From: Promethearchaeota archaeon
Lineage (GTDB): Archaea; Asgardarchaeota; Lokiarchaeia; Sigyniarchaeales; SOKP01
Reading direction: 5' to 3'
DNA length: 64,000 bases
Assembly (NCBI GenBank): GCA_019058365.1
Contig: JAHPZE010000010.1
Span: 32,001-96,000 of the forward strand
The notes under the pieces: generated by a model
Database searches by the model: none
The model's input: only the letters and a program-made list of their open reading frames with translations
Told to the model about the DNA's origin: nothing
In this document: piece by piece, positions 52,814 to 63,224 of the stretch
Numbering within the stretch: the first letter of the stretch is position 1
Layout: every line of letters begins with the position of its first letter
Position numbers and translations under genes: made by a program

Positions 52814-54334
52814 TTAAAAATAAATATATTTTTTAATTTTAGTAATTAGACTAATTATTGAGAGAAACGATACAAGACCAAGCAATAATAATGGATATCC
52901 TATAATAACAGGTACCCTATTACCTCCAGGAGGAGGATAAGCAATATGTAAAATATTACTCCATTCTCCAATATTAGCATCTTCATTAGGATCTATTCCT
53001 ATAGTATCTCTTGCTCTTATTTTATAATAATAATTTCCATATTCCATTTCAGTAAATTCCAATGACGTATAAGAAGATGTATTTGATTCTAACACCCAAT
53101 ATGTATCATAAATAGTGAAATTTTCTGATTCTGAAACTATCAACTCATAATCTTGAATCCCATTTAAATCTTCAGAATTCCACCATGTTACATACCAATT
53201 ATCGACTGTATATATTGTTTCATTAATTAAACCCATCCATTCAATTTTCTCGGGAGGGTCACAATCTCTTCCATTTATTATGAATAATCCATTAGTATCT
53301 CCCCAATAAACACCTAACTTATCATCTCTAAATTGCATATTTTGGGATTCTATTTTATCAGACCACATATTACCATTGGCTTCTGAAACTTTTGAATAGT
53401 AATGTATATCTGGGGAGCTATAATAATAGCTATAACGATAGATCATTGATGAACTACTCCAATAACCCCTTTCTAAAAAATAAATGTAATTTGCTGTACA
53501 CCATACATCTTTAGGATAATCAAGATTTAAATAAATATAATCCACTAAAGTATTAGTATAGTCATACTGTACGATTTTTCCATCAGCATCATAATCATAA
53601 TCATCATCCTGAGCATAAATAATATATTCTCGGCTAGTATCTAAAAAAGCACTTGTAATTCCAACATCGAAAATCATCGTTTTTATACTATCTGTTAAAG
53701 TATCATATAGATGAATTTCCGTAGAATTATAATATAAAACATATCTTTCACTATATTGAACATCAATTACACCAAAAAAATCGGGACCAATATTTTCAAT
53801 TATTTTATCATTTGAATTCCAGTAAAAAACATTGCTTGCTGTCCTCCATGCTAAATCAATTCTTTCCCAACCAGGAATTTTAAAATATTCGACAGATAAT
53901 TTTTGTGGTATCCAAGTAGAGGATACAACTTTTTGATATGTTAAAATAGATGTATTAAATTTCATAATAGCATTATTATATTCTACTGTTGCTAAAAATA
54001 TCAAATCTCCCTTGGGATCATAAACAGCATCAATATCGCAAACAACTCCAAGATTTCCCCTTACCAATAAAGGAGTAAATGGTTGACTATTTAGATTAAC
54101 TCTATATATCGAACCATTATTAGTTGCGTTATAAAAATATAAATTATCATAACAAAGCTTGAAAATCCCATCTTTAGTTCCAGGTATATTCACTCCATAA
54201 CTAATTCCATTAAAACTATTTGAATAAAGATCATTTTCATTGATCGTTTGAATCTCTTTTGGTTTATTAATATTAAAGCATATAGATAATGATAAAACTA
54301 ATATTAACATTAAAATAATCTTTTTAAACCTCAT
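52814..54334 (-). CDS. Secreted surface protein (beta-propeller-like + FN3-like) with Loki-CTERM-like anchor
   Basis: Signal peptide; YYYKIRARD..GEWS FN3 motif; C-terminal IIGYPLLLLG-TM-KK. Confidence 0.75.
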   Translation of the reverse strand: MRFKKIILMLILVLSLSICFNINKPKEIQTINENDLYSNSFNGISYGVNIPGTKDGIFKLCYDNLYFYNATNNGSIYRVNLNSQPFTPLLVRGNLGVVCDIDAVYDPKGDLIFLATVEYNNAIMKFNTSILTYQKVVSSTWIPQKLSVEYFKIPGWERIDLAWRTASNVFYWNSNDKIIENIGPDFFGVIDVQYSERYVLYYNSTEIHLYDTLTDSIKTMIFDVGITSAFLDTSREYIIYAQDDDYDYDADGKIVQYDYTNTLVDYIYLNLDYPKDVWCTANYIYFLERGYWSSSSMIYRYSYYYSSPDIHYYSKVSEANGNMWSDKIESQNMQFRDDKLGVYWGDTNGLFIINGRDCDPPEKIEWMGLINETIYTVDNWYVTWWNSEDLNGIQDYELIVSESENFTIYDTYWVLESNTSSYTSLEFTEMEYGNYYYKIRARDTIGIDPNEDANIGEWSNILHIAYPPPGGNRVPVIIGYPLLLLGLVSFLSIISLITKIKKYIYF

Positions 54335-54533
54335 TTTTTACCTTTTTTGTCTAGAATTTTCAAATTTAAATATTTTTATAATATTTTTTATAAGGGATTC
54401 TATAAAAAACTCTATATAACTATCTAGTCCTCCAACAAAATATAAATCTTTACTTTTGTTCTCATCTTTTATAGAACTTTAAAAAATTGAAAAAGTAGGT
54501 CCTATCTCTTAAACTTGTCATTAAATTTAAATT

Positions 54534-54716
54534 CTAATTTATATTTATAAAAGAATTTCTCCATTTTTCTCTATCCACCACTTCTTCTTCATTTACAATT
54601 TGTACAGGATGACCGGAATGTGATGAATCAAATATTTTCAACTGATTTTGATTGATATAATCATTTTCAATGATAGGTACATATTCATGACACTTGAAAC
54701 ATACTTTTAGTTTTAT
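54534..54716 (-). CDS. Small CxxC..HxxH zinc-finger protein (not in ORF track; probable ATA start)
   Basis: IKLKVCFKCHEYVP..FDSSHSGHPVQIVNEEEV; paralog of 45427-45675; AGGACGTG SD-like site 6 nt upstream. Confidence 0.65.
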   Translation of the reverse strand: MKLKVCFKCHEYVPIIENDYINQNQLKIFDSSHSGHPVQIVNEEEVVDREKWRNSFININ

Positions 54717-54800
54717 TTAATACACGTCCTTTAGATTTAATTACTAATTTGATTTTGTACTAATTTTTAATTGGCCAGTATTAACAATTAAATTATAGTT

Positions 54801-55337
54801 CTAAATATAACCTCCAGAGTCCATCATTATTCTCGATAAAAATTTAAAAATTGTTTCAACATTTTCTCCAGTTTTAGAAGAACATTCAAAATGTTTAATG
54901 AATTTCAATTTTCTTGCTATTATCTTTGCTTTTCTTTGAGAAATTATTCTCTGTTCTTGGAGATCCATCTTTCCTCCAACTAGCAATAATGGAATTTTCT
55001 TTTCATCCTTGAATAAACTTTGTTTAAATATGGTAATCCAATTCTTTATATTCATTATACTTGAATAATTAGTGATATCATACATCAAAATACCACCAGA
55101 TGCGCCTCCAGTAAAAGAAGGGAAAAGAAACTTAAATTGAGGGTCACTCCTAAAAATCCAAATTTGAAGAGTAATTTTAACTGAATTTATGGTTAACTCT
55201 TTAATTGCAATATCTATACAGGTAGGTGGTTTTGTGTCTTTATTGAATATCTTATGAATCGCTTTTTGAATGAATGAGGTTTTTCCAACATTATTATCTC
55301 CAAAAAGACATATTTTGAAAATTAGATCTCTGCTAAT
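54801..55337 (-). CDS. Rab-like small GTPase with degenerate G3 (copy 2; probable ATT start at 55337)
   Basis: The frame stays open upstream of the ORF-track start: FKICLFGDNNVGKTS..QIWIFRSDPQF..GGKMDL..ECSSKTG. AGGTG SD. Confidence 0.82.
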   Translation of the reverse strand: MSRDLIFKICLFGDNNVGKTSFIQKAIHKIFNKDTKPPTCIDIAIKELTINSVKITLQIWIFRSDPQFKFLFPSFTGGASGGILMYDITNYSSIMNIKNWITIFKQSLFKDEKKIPLLLVGGKMDLQEQRIISQRKAKIIARKLKFIKHFECSSKTGENVETIFKFLSRIMMDSGGYI

Positions 55338-55636
55338 TTATAACACCTTATTAAGTTAAATTCTTTCTATATCTTAATCAAAAAGAACAGGAGAATTTAA
55401 TTTTAAACTATTACCCTTGCTTTCCCTTTATTATCACTTCAAAGTGATATTATAGAATATTCTATAAGGAACCCTATATAAAAATATAAAAAGAGATAGA
55501 TTTAAATTTTTGTTTTTGTTCGTAAAGTGAGAACAACTTATAATTCTACAAAAATATATAAAACCACTTAAAAAATTATATTATTAGAGAAAATTTTAGA
55601 CAAAATATCGCGTAAGAATATTTCAGAGTATAAACC

Positions 55637-56176
55637 ATGTCAGAAATCAAAGAAAATGAAGATTTTAGTACGAAATTAAAGGATGAGCAGTTTCTATATT
55701 TTGCAGATAATTCTAATCTGGGAATTCTGATAATTCAACAAGGCTATATAAAATATTATAATCACAAATTTCCAGAAAGTTTTGGCTATTCTCCAGAAGA
55801 GATCTCGCAATGGAAAAAGAGAGAATTTTTCAAAATAATCCATCCTGACGATCTAAATCAATTATTACAAAATCTTAATATTGAGGATGATAAGATGGTA
55901 TCTTTTCGATTTAGAGCAATAACTAAATCACAGAGAATTGTTAACATAGAAGTTTATCTCTGTATAATACGATACAATAATGCAAGAGCCTATTTAATAA
56001 GCACTTCATCATTAGATGAAATCTCTACAGAAGAAGCATATCTTCCAAAAAAAATAACGATAAATAAAAAGACAAAAATTATATTAGATTATCATTCAAA
56101 TGTAGTTAAACTGTTAGATGACAATAATATAGCTTTTGAAATCATTAGAAATTGCTCATATCGAGAAGAACAATAA
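55637..56176 (+). CDS. Stand-alone PAS-domain protein (copy 2)
   Basis: Paralog of 47405-47947. Confidence 0.88.
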   Translation: MSEIKENEDFSTKLKDEQFLYFADNSNLGILIIQQGYIKYYNHKFPESFGYSPEEISQWKKREFFKIIHPDDLNQLLQNLNIEDDKMVSFRFRAITKSQRIVNIEVYLCIIRYNNARAYLISTSSLDEISTEEAYLPKKITINKKTKIILDYHSNVVKLLDDNNIAFEIIRNCSYREEQ

Positions 56177-56177
56177 G

Positions 56178-56360
56178 TTAATTTTCTGACCTCTTATTTG
56201 AGACTTCTTCGAAATGTACATTGTATATTTTAGTAAGATCAAGAACTTTATGCTTAATTAATGCTCTAGGGATATATACGATTGTATCTGGTCCCATTGA
56301 AGATAATTTTACATTTTCTAATGTAAAGATTTTCTTCTCTTTTCTCATAAGGTATCGCAT
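56178..56360 (-). CDS. Small AbrB/SpoVT-like protein (copy 2)
   Basis: Paralog of 47944-48141. Confidence 0.7.
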   Translation of the reverse strand: MRYLMRKEKKIFTLENVKLSSMGPDTIVYIPRALIKHKVLDLTKIYNVHFEEVSNKRSEN

Positions 56361-56730
56361 TAAATTTGACTTTAAATATTTTACATTATATTTTATTGAA
56401 CTTTAAATATTTGTATTAAAATAAAAATTTATAGAGTTCCCTATAGAATGAACTTTTATTTCCAATAGTATTTATTCCTATCTCAGATCCATCACACCAT
56501 AGTATATGTTTTCTGATTTAGTGAAGTATTAAATAGTATTTTTCAATTTTTAATTATGGAACTAATAATTTGACAAAAGCATCAATATAGGTGTAGAATT
56601 ATATTAATAGAAATTGAATTTCCTAAAAAAATTTTCTATGGCAACAATCGAAAAAATAGAGAAAGAAAACAAGACGGATATTATTATTATATAAAAAAAA
56701 TAGTTTTATTTTTCATTTATTCTACCTCTT

Positions 56731-56990
56731 TTAACTAACTAGTTCTAATTTATCTATAATTTCTATTTTATTTCCTTTCCCATCAATTTTATATCTTCTT
56801 AATCCTTTTGGACTTTTCCCTTTTGAATAATCTATTAGCATTTTAATAAAACGTTTAAATTCCTTTTCTTCTTTCATTTCAATTTACTCTTTTCATTTGA
56901 TTTTTGAAGAAGTTTAGCTGTATGGGTTTTTTCTCTTTCTTCTTTTGTTTCTTCCCAATGCGTCTTAAGTTCTTTTTCTAAGGATACCAT
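56731..56990 (-). CDS. Two overlapping microproteins (38 aa at 56874-56990; 48 aa at 56731-56877)
   Basis: MVSLEKELKTHW..* and MKEEKEFKRF..*, coupled by an ATGA overlap. Confidence 0.4.
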
Positions 56991-57036
56991 AAATTCACTT
57001 TTCTTTTTTGTCAATTTCCTTCTCCTTTTTTTTATT

Positions 57037-57246
57037 TTACTTTATTTTTATTGAATCTGAATTCTTACCCATAATATCAAGAATTAAAGTAGAAATAGGG
57101 ATTTGTGAAATCTGTTTTATGATAAACCGAAGTACCTCAGAATTAGATTTTATCCCTGAAGATTTTTTGATTTCTGAAAAGGGATGATATAGCGGGTCTT
57201 CTTGAGTAAGGGTAAGTCTTAGTTCAATATTTTCGTTAATAGTCAT
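57037..57246 (-). CDS. RHH-like small regulator
   Basis: Strand-helix-helix pattern IELRLTL..PLY..F..IKK..GIKSNSEVLR; GAGGT SD. Confidence 0.7.
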   Translation of the reverse strand: MTINENIELRLTLTQEDPLYHPFSEIKKSSGIKSNSEVLRFIIKQISQIPISTLILDIMGKNSDSIKIK

Positions 57247-57397
57247 ATTTTTACCTCTTTTATGCTAATTAATTTTTTTTTATCCAATTTTGTCATAAAA
57301 AAGATATTTTTTTATATATATAAATATTCGTGATAATTTAGGATAAATCTGGAGTAATTTACAAAAAGTTATATTTTTCTCAAAATATAATATCTTT

Positions 57398-57595
57398 ATG
57401 GATAAACACAATGAAACTGAAGAAGAAATAGGTATTAGACTAAATCTTTCAAAAGAAGTAGATCAACCATTATATGATTATTTCCAACAAATAAAGAAAA
57501 ATCTAGGCCTAAAAACCAATACAGAAGTAGCGAGGATATGTATAAAAAAAGCGTATGAATACTGGTTTAGTAAAGGGGATACAGAAATAATTTAA
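57398..57595 (+). CDS. RHH-like small regulator, divergent paralog of 57037-57246
   Basis: IGIRLNL..PLY..F..IKK..GLKTNTEVAR. Confidence 0.7.
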   Translation: MDKHNETEEEIGIRLNLSKEVDQPLYDYFQQIKKNLGLKTNTEVARICIKKAYEYWFSKGDTEII

Positions 57596-57812
57596 TTTTA
57601 TTTAATTTTTTCCAATTTTTTTTAATTCCTCTTGGATTTCATTATCAGCCATAATAACAGTATTAATTTGTGATTTCAAATATCTAATACCTATTACTAT
57701 TTAAATAATTTTTCTATAATACCGACATTTTTAAAATCTCTTTTTTTACTCTCAATCACCTCACCCTTTCTCTAGAGCTCAGAATTGTTTTATTTTAAAA
57801 AGTCTTATCTTC

Positions 57813-58433
57813 TTATTTTACAAGCTCTTTTAACTCAAAATAGATTTCATTGATTTTTTCTATATCCTCTGTGAGTTCCTCGTTATTGACGATATTTCTA
57901 ATTCCTGATAAACCAATTTGATACTTACTCAATATGGTTATCAGATAGTTCATAGGATCATCAAATCGGCATTCAATTTTTGCTAATTCAGATAGATTAA
58001 AGCTTCTCAAATTAGATATATGAAGCCTAATTATATCTACCAAATATCTTTCTTCTGTCCTTAGATCCCACTTTCCAAGAATACCAAATAATCGCTTATA
58101 TTTACCACGTTCATTAAATTCCTTTAATACTCCTCTCAGCTCATAAATTTCTGATATTAAGGACATAATTCTCTCAATTATAATTCTTAAGTGTTCATTT
58201 CTTGCTTTCTTCTCTTTAATGTATTGAATATACAATATAATAAAAGGACTTAAAATTATAATAAATTGGATTGTTTCAGTTAAATTAACAATGTTATGAC
58301 CCCAATTCAAAATAATGAATATCCCAATGATCATTCCGATAAAAATAAATAATCCTAATGAATAAAAAACAAACCATCTTTTTAATTTTTTAAATATTAC
58401 ACGATAATTCTTTCTTTCGTTATTTATAACCAT
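57813..58433 (-). CDS. Hypothetical membrane protein (2 N-terminal TM helices)
   Basis: Hydrophobicity pattern. Confidence 0.65.
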   Translation of the reverse strand: MVINNERKNYRVIFKKLKRWFVFYSLGLFIFIGMIIGIFIILNWGHNIVNLTETIQFIIILSPFIILYIQYIKEKKARNEHLRIIIERIMSLISEIYELRGVLKEFNERGKYKRLFGILGKWDLRTEERYLVDIIRLHISNLRSFNLSELAKIECRFDDPMNYLITILSKYQIGLSGIRNIVNNEELTEDIEKINEIYFELKELVK

Positions 58434-58541
58434 AGTTTAATCATCATTCTTATATTGATTTTAGCTCTCTATTATTTAACCAATTATTAGTATTATCTCT
58501 AAATTTAAATGACTTTTTTACTTCTACTTGAAAAAAAAAAA

Positions 58542-58787
58542 TTATAGTTTTTGCGTTTCATAATAAAATGAAACTAAGAAATATCCTCGTTTTTCTGTGT
58601 AAGTTGCCTTCTCCATTCCACATTCTTTTTTGATCGGATCATTCTCAGGAAGGGGAATTATTAGAGGGGGAATATAGGTATGTTGAATAAATCTAATCTT
58701 TTTTTCCTTGTTTTCTAAAAGCCAATTATTAATTTTTAATTGAATATCATCCTCTAATCTTAACGTTAAGATTGTGTAACTCAACAT
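58542..58787 (-). CDS. Hypothetical protein
   Basis: The ATG lies 1 bp after the upstream stop codon. Confidence 0.55.
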   Translation of the reverse strand: MLSYTILTLRLEDDIQLKINNWLLENKEKKIRFIQHTYIPPLIIPLPENDPIKKECGMEKATYTEKRGYFLVSFYYETQKL

Positions 58788-58788
58788 T

Positions 58789-59271
58789 TTAATCAACTTT
58801 AATAAAGTAGACTTCTTGGATGAATTCTTCTATTTTTCTGATATCATCTCTTCTATTGAAGTGAAATTTCCAATCATCCCCATTAATCATGATATATCCG
58901 TATTGTTTTAGACCTTTTACAAGTAAGACAATCCCTATAATAATTAGAATAGGGCCTATCAGATATACCAGAGTAGATAAATTAACACTCAATGCAATCC
59001 CTACTGTTAAGAAGATTGCACCCAAAATTAAGAATAATTTATTTCTAGCGTGCCACGCATTTTCGATATATGAGATTTTAGTAAGAGGTATATCTCGATA
59101 GATTCGGTCATACCCTTTCAACTTTTTAAAATGAAATATTCTTTTATTTGTAATCCCTAAAATATTCTGTTTAACTTTTTTCTGAGTAACAGAGCTAATT
59201 TCCCCCTTCGGTCCGATTTCCCATTTGAATAGAATCGATTCTTGATTATTTAAATAATTCTCTATTGACAT
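58789..59271 (-). CDS. Prokaryotic PH-like domain protein with TM hairpin
   Basis: LGITNKRIF..RDIPLTKISYIE motif and two TM helices; GAGGT SD before ATG 59271. Confidence 0.7.
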   Translation of the reverse strand: MSIENYLNNQESILFKWEIGPKGEISSVTQKKVKQNILGITNKRIFHFKKLKGYDRIYRDIPLTKISYIENAWHARNKLFLILGAIFLTVGIALSVNLSTLVYLIGPILIIIGIVLLVKGLKQYGYIMINGDDWKFHFNRRDDIRKIEEFIQEVYFIKVD

Positions 59272-59484
59272 ATTTATACCTCTTTTTATTTTTTGGTTAC
59301 CAAATTTAAGTTTGATTTTCAATCTCTTTATAGAGTTCTCTATAGAAGGTAGTATAAATAAGAAGAATATTCCGTCAAAATATAAATCTTTACTTTTATA
59401 AAAAGATTAAAATTAGATAGCAAATTATTATGTTCGGGAATAATGTAGACAAAAAATACTACAAATCAGAAATGAGTGTAAGAA

Positions 59485-60024
59485 ATGTCAAAAGCAATAA
59501 TAAATGAAGAATTTTCGACTAAACTAAGGAATGAAACATTACTTCATTTTGCCGAGAATTCAACTATAGGGGTTTTAATAATTCAGAGAGGATATTTACA
59601 ATATTTTAACCAAAAATTTACAGAGATTTTTGGGTATACTAAAAAAGATATTCTACAATGGAAAAAAAGAGAATTCTATAAAATTGTTCATCCTGAAGAT
59701 TTACCATACTTAATAGAATTCTTTAAGATTGAAACAGATAAAAAAACAGTATCAGTACGATTTAGAGGGGTAAAAAAAGATAACCATATAATCGATATAG
59801 AGAATTATATGTGTTATATTAAATATAACAATAAAACAGCATGCTTATCAAGCTATATTTCTTTAGAAGAGTCCTTTGATGAAATCTATGTTCCTAAATT
59901 GAGCAAAAGAAAAATAGAAAAGAAAATCATATTAGATTATCATCCAGACATAGTTAAATTTTTAGGAGATAATACTATAAAATTCGAAATTATCAAATGT
60001 AGCTCATTTCGAGAAGAATATTAA
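59485..60024 (+). CDS. Stand-alone PAS-domain protein (copy 3)
   Basis: Paralog of copies 1 and 2. Confidence 0.88.
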   Translation: MSKAIINEEFSTKLRNETLLHFAENSTIGVLIIQRGYLQYFNQKFTEIFGYTKKDILQWKKREFYKIVHPEDLPYLIEFFKIETDKKTVSVRFRGVKKDNHIIDIENYMCYIKYNNKTACLSSYISLEESFDEIYVPKLSKRKIEKKIILDYHPDIVKFLGDNTIKFEIIKCSSFREEY

Positions 60025-60209
60025 CCCTCTTTTTCATGATCCTCTCCAGATATCTCTTCAAAATGAACATTATATTTTTTTTCAGGATCAAGAATCTTAT
60101 GCTTAATTAATGCACGGGGAATATAGACAATAGTATCTGGACCCATAGAAGCTAATTTTACATTTTCTAACGTAAAAATATTCCTCTCTTTATTCATATT
60201 CTGTTCCAT
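60021..60209 (-). CDS. Small AbrB/SpoVT-like protein (copy 3)
   Basis: Paralog of copies 1 and 2. Confidence 0.7.
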   Translation of the reverse strand: MEQNMNKERNIFTLENVKLASMGPDTIVYIPRALIKHKILDPEKKYNVHFEEISGEDHEKEG

Positions 60210-60329
60210 ATTGGATCACTTTAAATAATTTTTATTATATTTTATAGAACTTTAAATATATTTTTTCAGATAGAGTTCTATAGGAGGCTCTATAGGGGAC
60301 TTTAAACAATAATGTTAATGGTGTAAAGA

Positions 60330-60488
60330 ATTAAGATTGAAATTGAAATACCTGATAAAGTATATAAATTCTTCAATGTTCGAGCTATCTTTAATAACAG
60401 AAAAATAAATGAAGAAATATCACAGTTTTTAGAAAAAGAATATGAAATCTTAAAAGATTTGTCATTTGATGAAGCTATAGCTTCTTAA
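60330..60488 (+). CDS. Arc/RHH-like small protein (not in ORF track; probable ATT start)
   Basis: IKIEIEIPDKVYKFFNVRAIFNNRKINEEISQFL; GGTG 6 nt upstream. Confidence 0.55.
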   Translation: MKIEIEIPDKVYKFFNVRAIFNNRKINEEISQFLEKEYEILKDLSFDEAIAS

Positions 60489-60909
60489 TTTTGTTTTTTA
60501 TCTCTTTAGAATACTAAAAATCATAAGCTTTTTCAATAATAAATTTAATCACTTCTGCTGATTTAATTGGAGAAAGAAAATCTTGTATCTCCTTAAGTTT
60601 TTTATAAATGGGGTTCCAAGATATCTGGTCATGATGCTGTTTATGGATAACTACAATCTGAAAATTAAGTTAATAGATTGCAGGCTAAATTTACTCTATC
60701 TAATTTTAAATTTGAAATGTAAAGCTCACTATTGCTCTTCTCCATATTTCAACTAAAAGTATGATATATCCTTTTAAAATTCTTAGGTTGTGATTTAAGA
60801 ATAATTTTTCAAAATAATGAAAGTTTAAAAACTAGGATATTATTTTCTTTATTAGACAAAAATGTAATAATGATTTTTATATTTTAATTTGAAAAAGTAG
60901 TTATTAAGG

Positions 60910-62381
60910 GTGAAAACAGAGCTGAAATCTGAGAATTTAATCTCAAAATGGAAGAAAGTATTACTTATTAAACCAAATTACAAAAATAGTGATGCCTACA
61001 TGTATTATATTAAGATGAACTTTCCTCCACTAAATTTAGCATACATCGCTAGTTATTTACTAGATCTAAACATTGATGTTGAAATTCTTGATGCGAAAGT
61101 AAACAATTTTAATTGTTGGGAATTAAAGAGAAAAATTATGAAATTTAAACCAGACTTGATTGGAATATCTGTATATCTCTCTGCAGTGATTAATGAAAGC
61201 TTTAAAATAGCTAAGATTATAAAACAAATTGATCCGAAAATAACGGTTGTATTTGGTGGTAGGCATCCTACATTTGAGTCTGAGCAAATTCTTAAAAGAA
61301 ACGAAGTTGATATCATTGTAAGAGGGGAGGGAGAAATTACATTCAGAGAATTAATCACTAAAGGAAATCCTCAATGTATTGAAGGGATTTCTTATAGAGC
61401 AAATGGCATAATTGTACATAATCCAGATAGACAATTAATGAATTATTCAGACGTTAGGCTTCCTGCAAGATATCTTTTAAACGGTAATAAATATTGGATA
61501 TATACAGTGAGACTAGAAACTGTTGAATCTTCAAGAGGATGCCCTACTCATGTAAATTTTGTATTACACCGAATTTTTATAAGCGTAGTTGGAGACCACG
61601 ACCAGTTGAAAAAATTATTACGGAATTAAAAATGATCTCAAGAAATCGAAAAATTTCAGATATCTTTTTTGTTGATGATAATATGACTGCTAATACAAGA
61701 AGAGTTGAACATCTATGTGAAAAAATAATCGAATGTAAAAAGAAAAATGAAATAAGAGATTTTAAATTTTTTGCTCAAATTAGAGTAGATTCTGTGGTAA
61801 AATCTCCTCAAATGGTTAAAAAAATGGCTGAAGCCGGATTCTGGGTTGTATTGATTGGAATTGAGAGTATATTTGAAGAAACCTTAAAAGAAGTAAGAAA
61901 AAATATGAACTTTCAGGCTGTTTTAGATGCAATTAAAATTCTACATAGAAATGACATCATTGTTGTTGGAAATATGATCATTGGGGTAAATCTACATGAA
62001 AAAGAAGAAGATGTCAAAAAAGAAATAAAATATATGTCAAAGACAGATATCGATATATTAACTTTTAGTATATTAACTCCTTTTCCAGGAACTATCACAA
62101 TTCGGGAATTAGAAGAAAAAAAACTCATTATAAGTAAAAATTGGTCTAAATATACAATAATTAAACCTGTAATTAAAACATACAAGTTGAGCCCTAAAAA
62201 GTTGAGTGAACTTCTTTTATATTCTTTTCAGAAAATAAAATATATCAATAATCAAAAAGGATTGTTGTTAAGAATAATAAAGAAGCGTGGAATTCTATTT
62301 ATATTAAATCCCGTTCGAATCGTATTATTACTGAAAGCTTTCATTAAGATGAGAATTTTTTTCAAAGCTCACAGAAAATAA
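60910..62381 (+). pseudogene. B12-binding radical SAM protein with a 1-nt frameshift at ~61542
   Basis: PPLNLAYIAS, GGRHPT and GEGE motifs, then SRGCP|YSCKFC split between frames, followed by FVDDN, IGIES and TPFPGT. Confidence 0.88.
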
Positions 62382-62600
62382 TGAAGGAAATACTATAAAG
62401 AAAATCGCTTTTATATTTAAAATTAGGATAAAACTCTTCATTTCTAAATTTAGTAAATACTAAAAATAAATATACACAAGAGTCTCCATTATCTAAAAGG
62501 TGAATTCAATTTTTAAAAAAAGAGAGGAGAAAAGAAATTTGAGTTTTTAAGTTAAGATTAGGGAGAGATTAAATTCAATAGAGTCTAATAGAGAGCGAAA

Positions 62601-62996
62601 GTGTCAAAAATAGGATTAAGTTTAAGTATGATTGGTGGCATTCTGTTCTTTATTTTAACTTATTTTTTTGCTAGAGATTATTATTTCATGTGGCCGTTGG
62701 GTGGGGTTTTTGTACTAGGGTTTCTTTTTTATCTATTTATTAATGTGGGTGCTATAGTTGGAGCAATTTTAGGATTTATAGGGAAAAGAATTGGTTATTA
62801 TTTATGTTTACTGATTGGAATCAGTTTTCCTCTGTTTGGGTTGTATTTATCTGGTCCATATTTTTTTATTTATTTTTTTGAAGGTTTTATTGATACATTT
62901 TACATTTATATCCCATGGTCGATATTATTTATTGGTGGTATTACTGGTTTTATAGAATTGCGATTGGAACTTAGAAAAAATAACTTAATTCTTTGA
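62601..62996 (+). CDS. Small 4-TM membrane protein
   Basis: Gly-rich hydrophobic helices. Confidence 0.65.
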   Translation: MSKIGLSLSMIGGILFFILTYFFARDYYFMWPLGGVFVLGFLFYLFINVGAIVGAILGFIGKRIGYYLCLLIGISFPLFGLYLSGPYFFIYFFEGFIDTFYIYIPWSILFIGGITGFIELRLELRKNNLIL

Positions 62997-63224
62997 AAAA
63001 AAATAATTTTGAGTTCTACTTGCTGGTCCTAGTGTTTGAATATATTTTTCCAAACAAAATGGAAAATAATTTCTCTACAAGCAAAAAATTAGATAATTTC
63101 AATTCCATAAAAGATTCTTTAGACTCTAAAGTAATCTTACAATTCTTTTATAATAGTTTAAACCTTCTTAGATTTTTAAGAAAAATTAATGGATTAAATT
63201 AGATTTCTTTATTAAGAAAAAATA

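Noticed and set aside
8393-62185. Antisense or shadow ORFs (8393, 13129, 14045, 26138, 26881, 27039, 27419, 29742, 31694, 34404, 34577, 44441, 46520, 49729, 56221, 58889, 61053, 61913; also 2245)
   Set aside because: They overlap well-supported genes and show no motifs.
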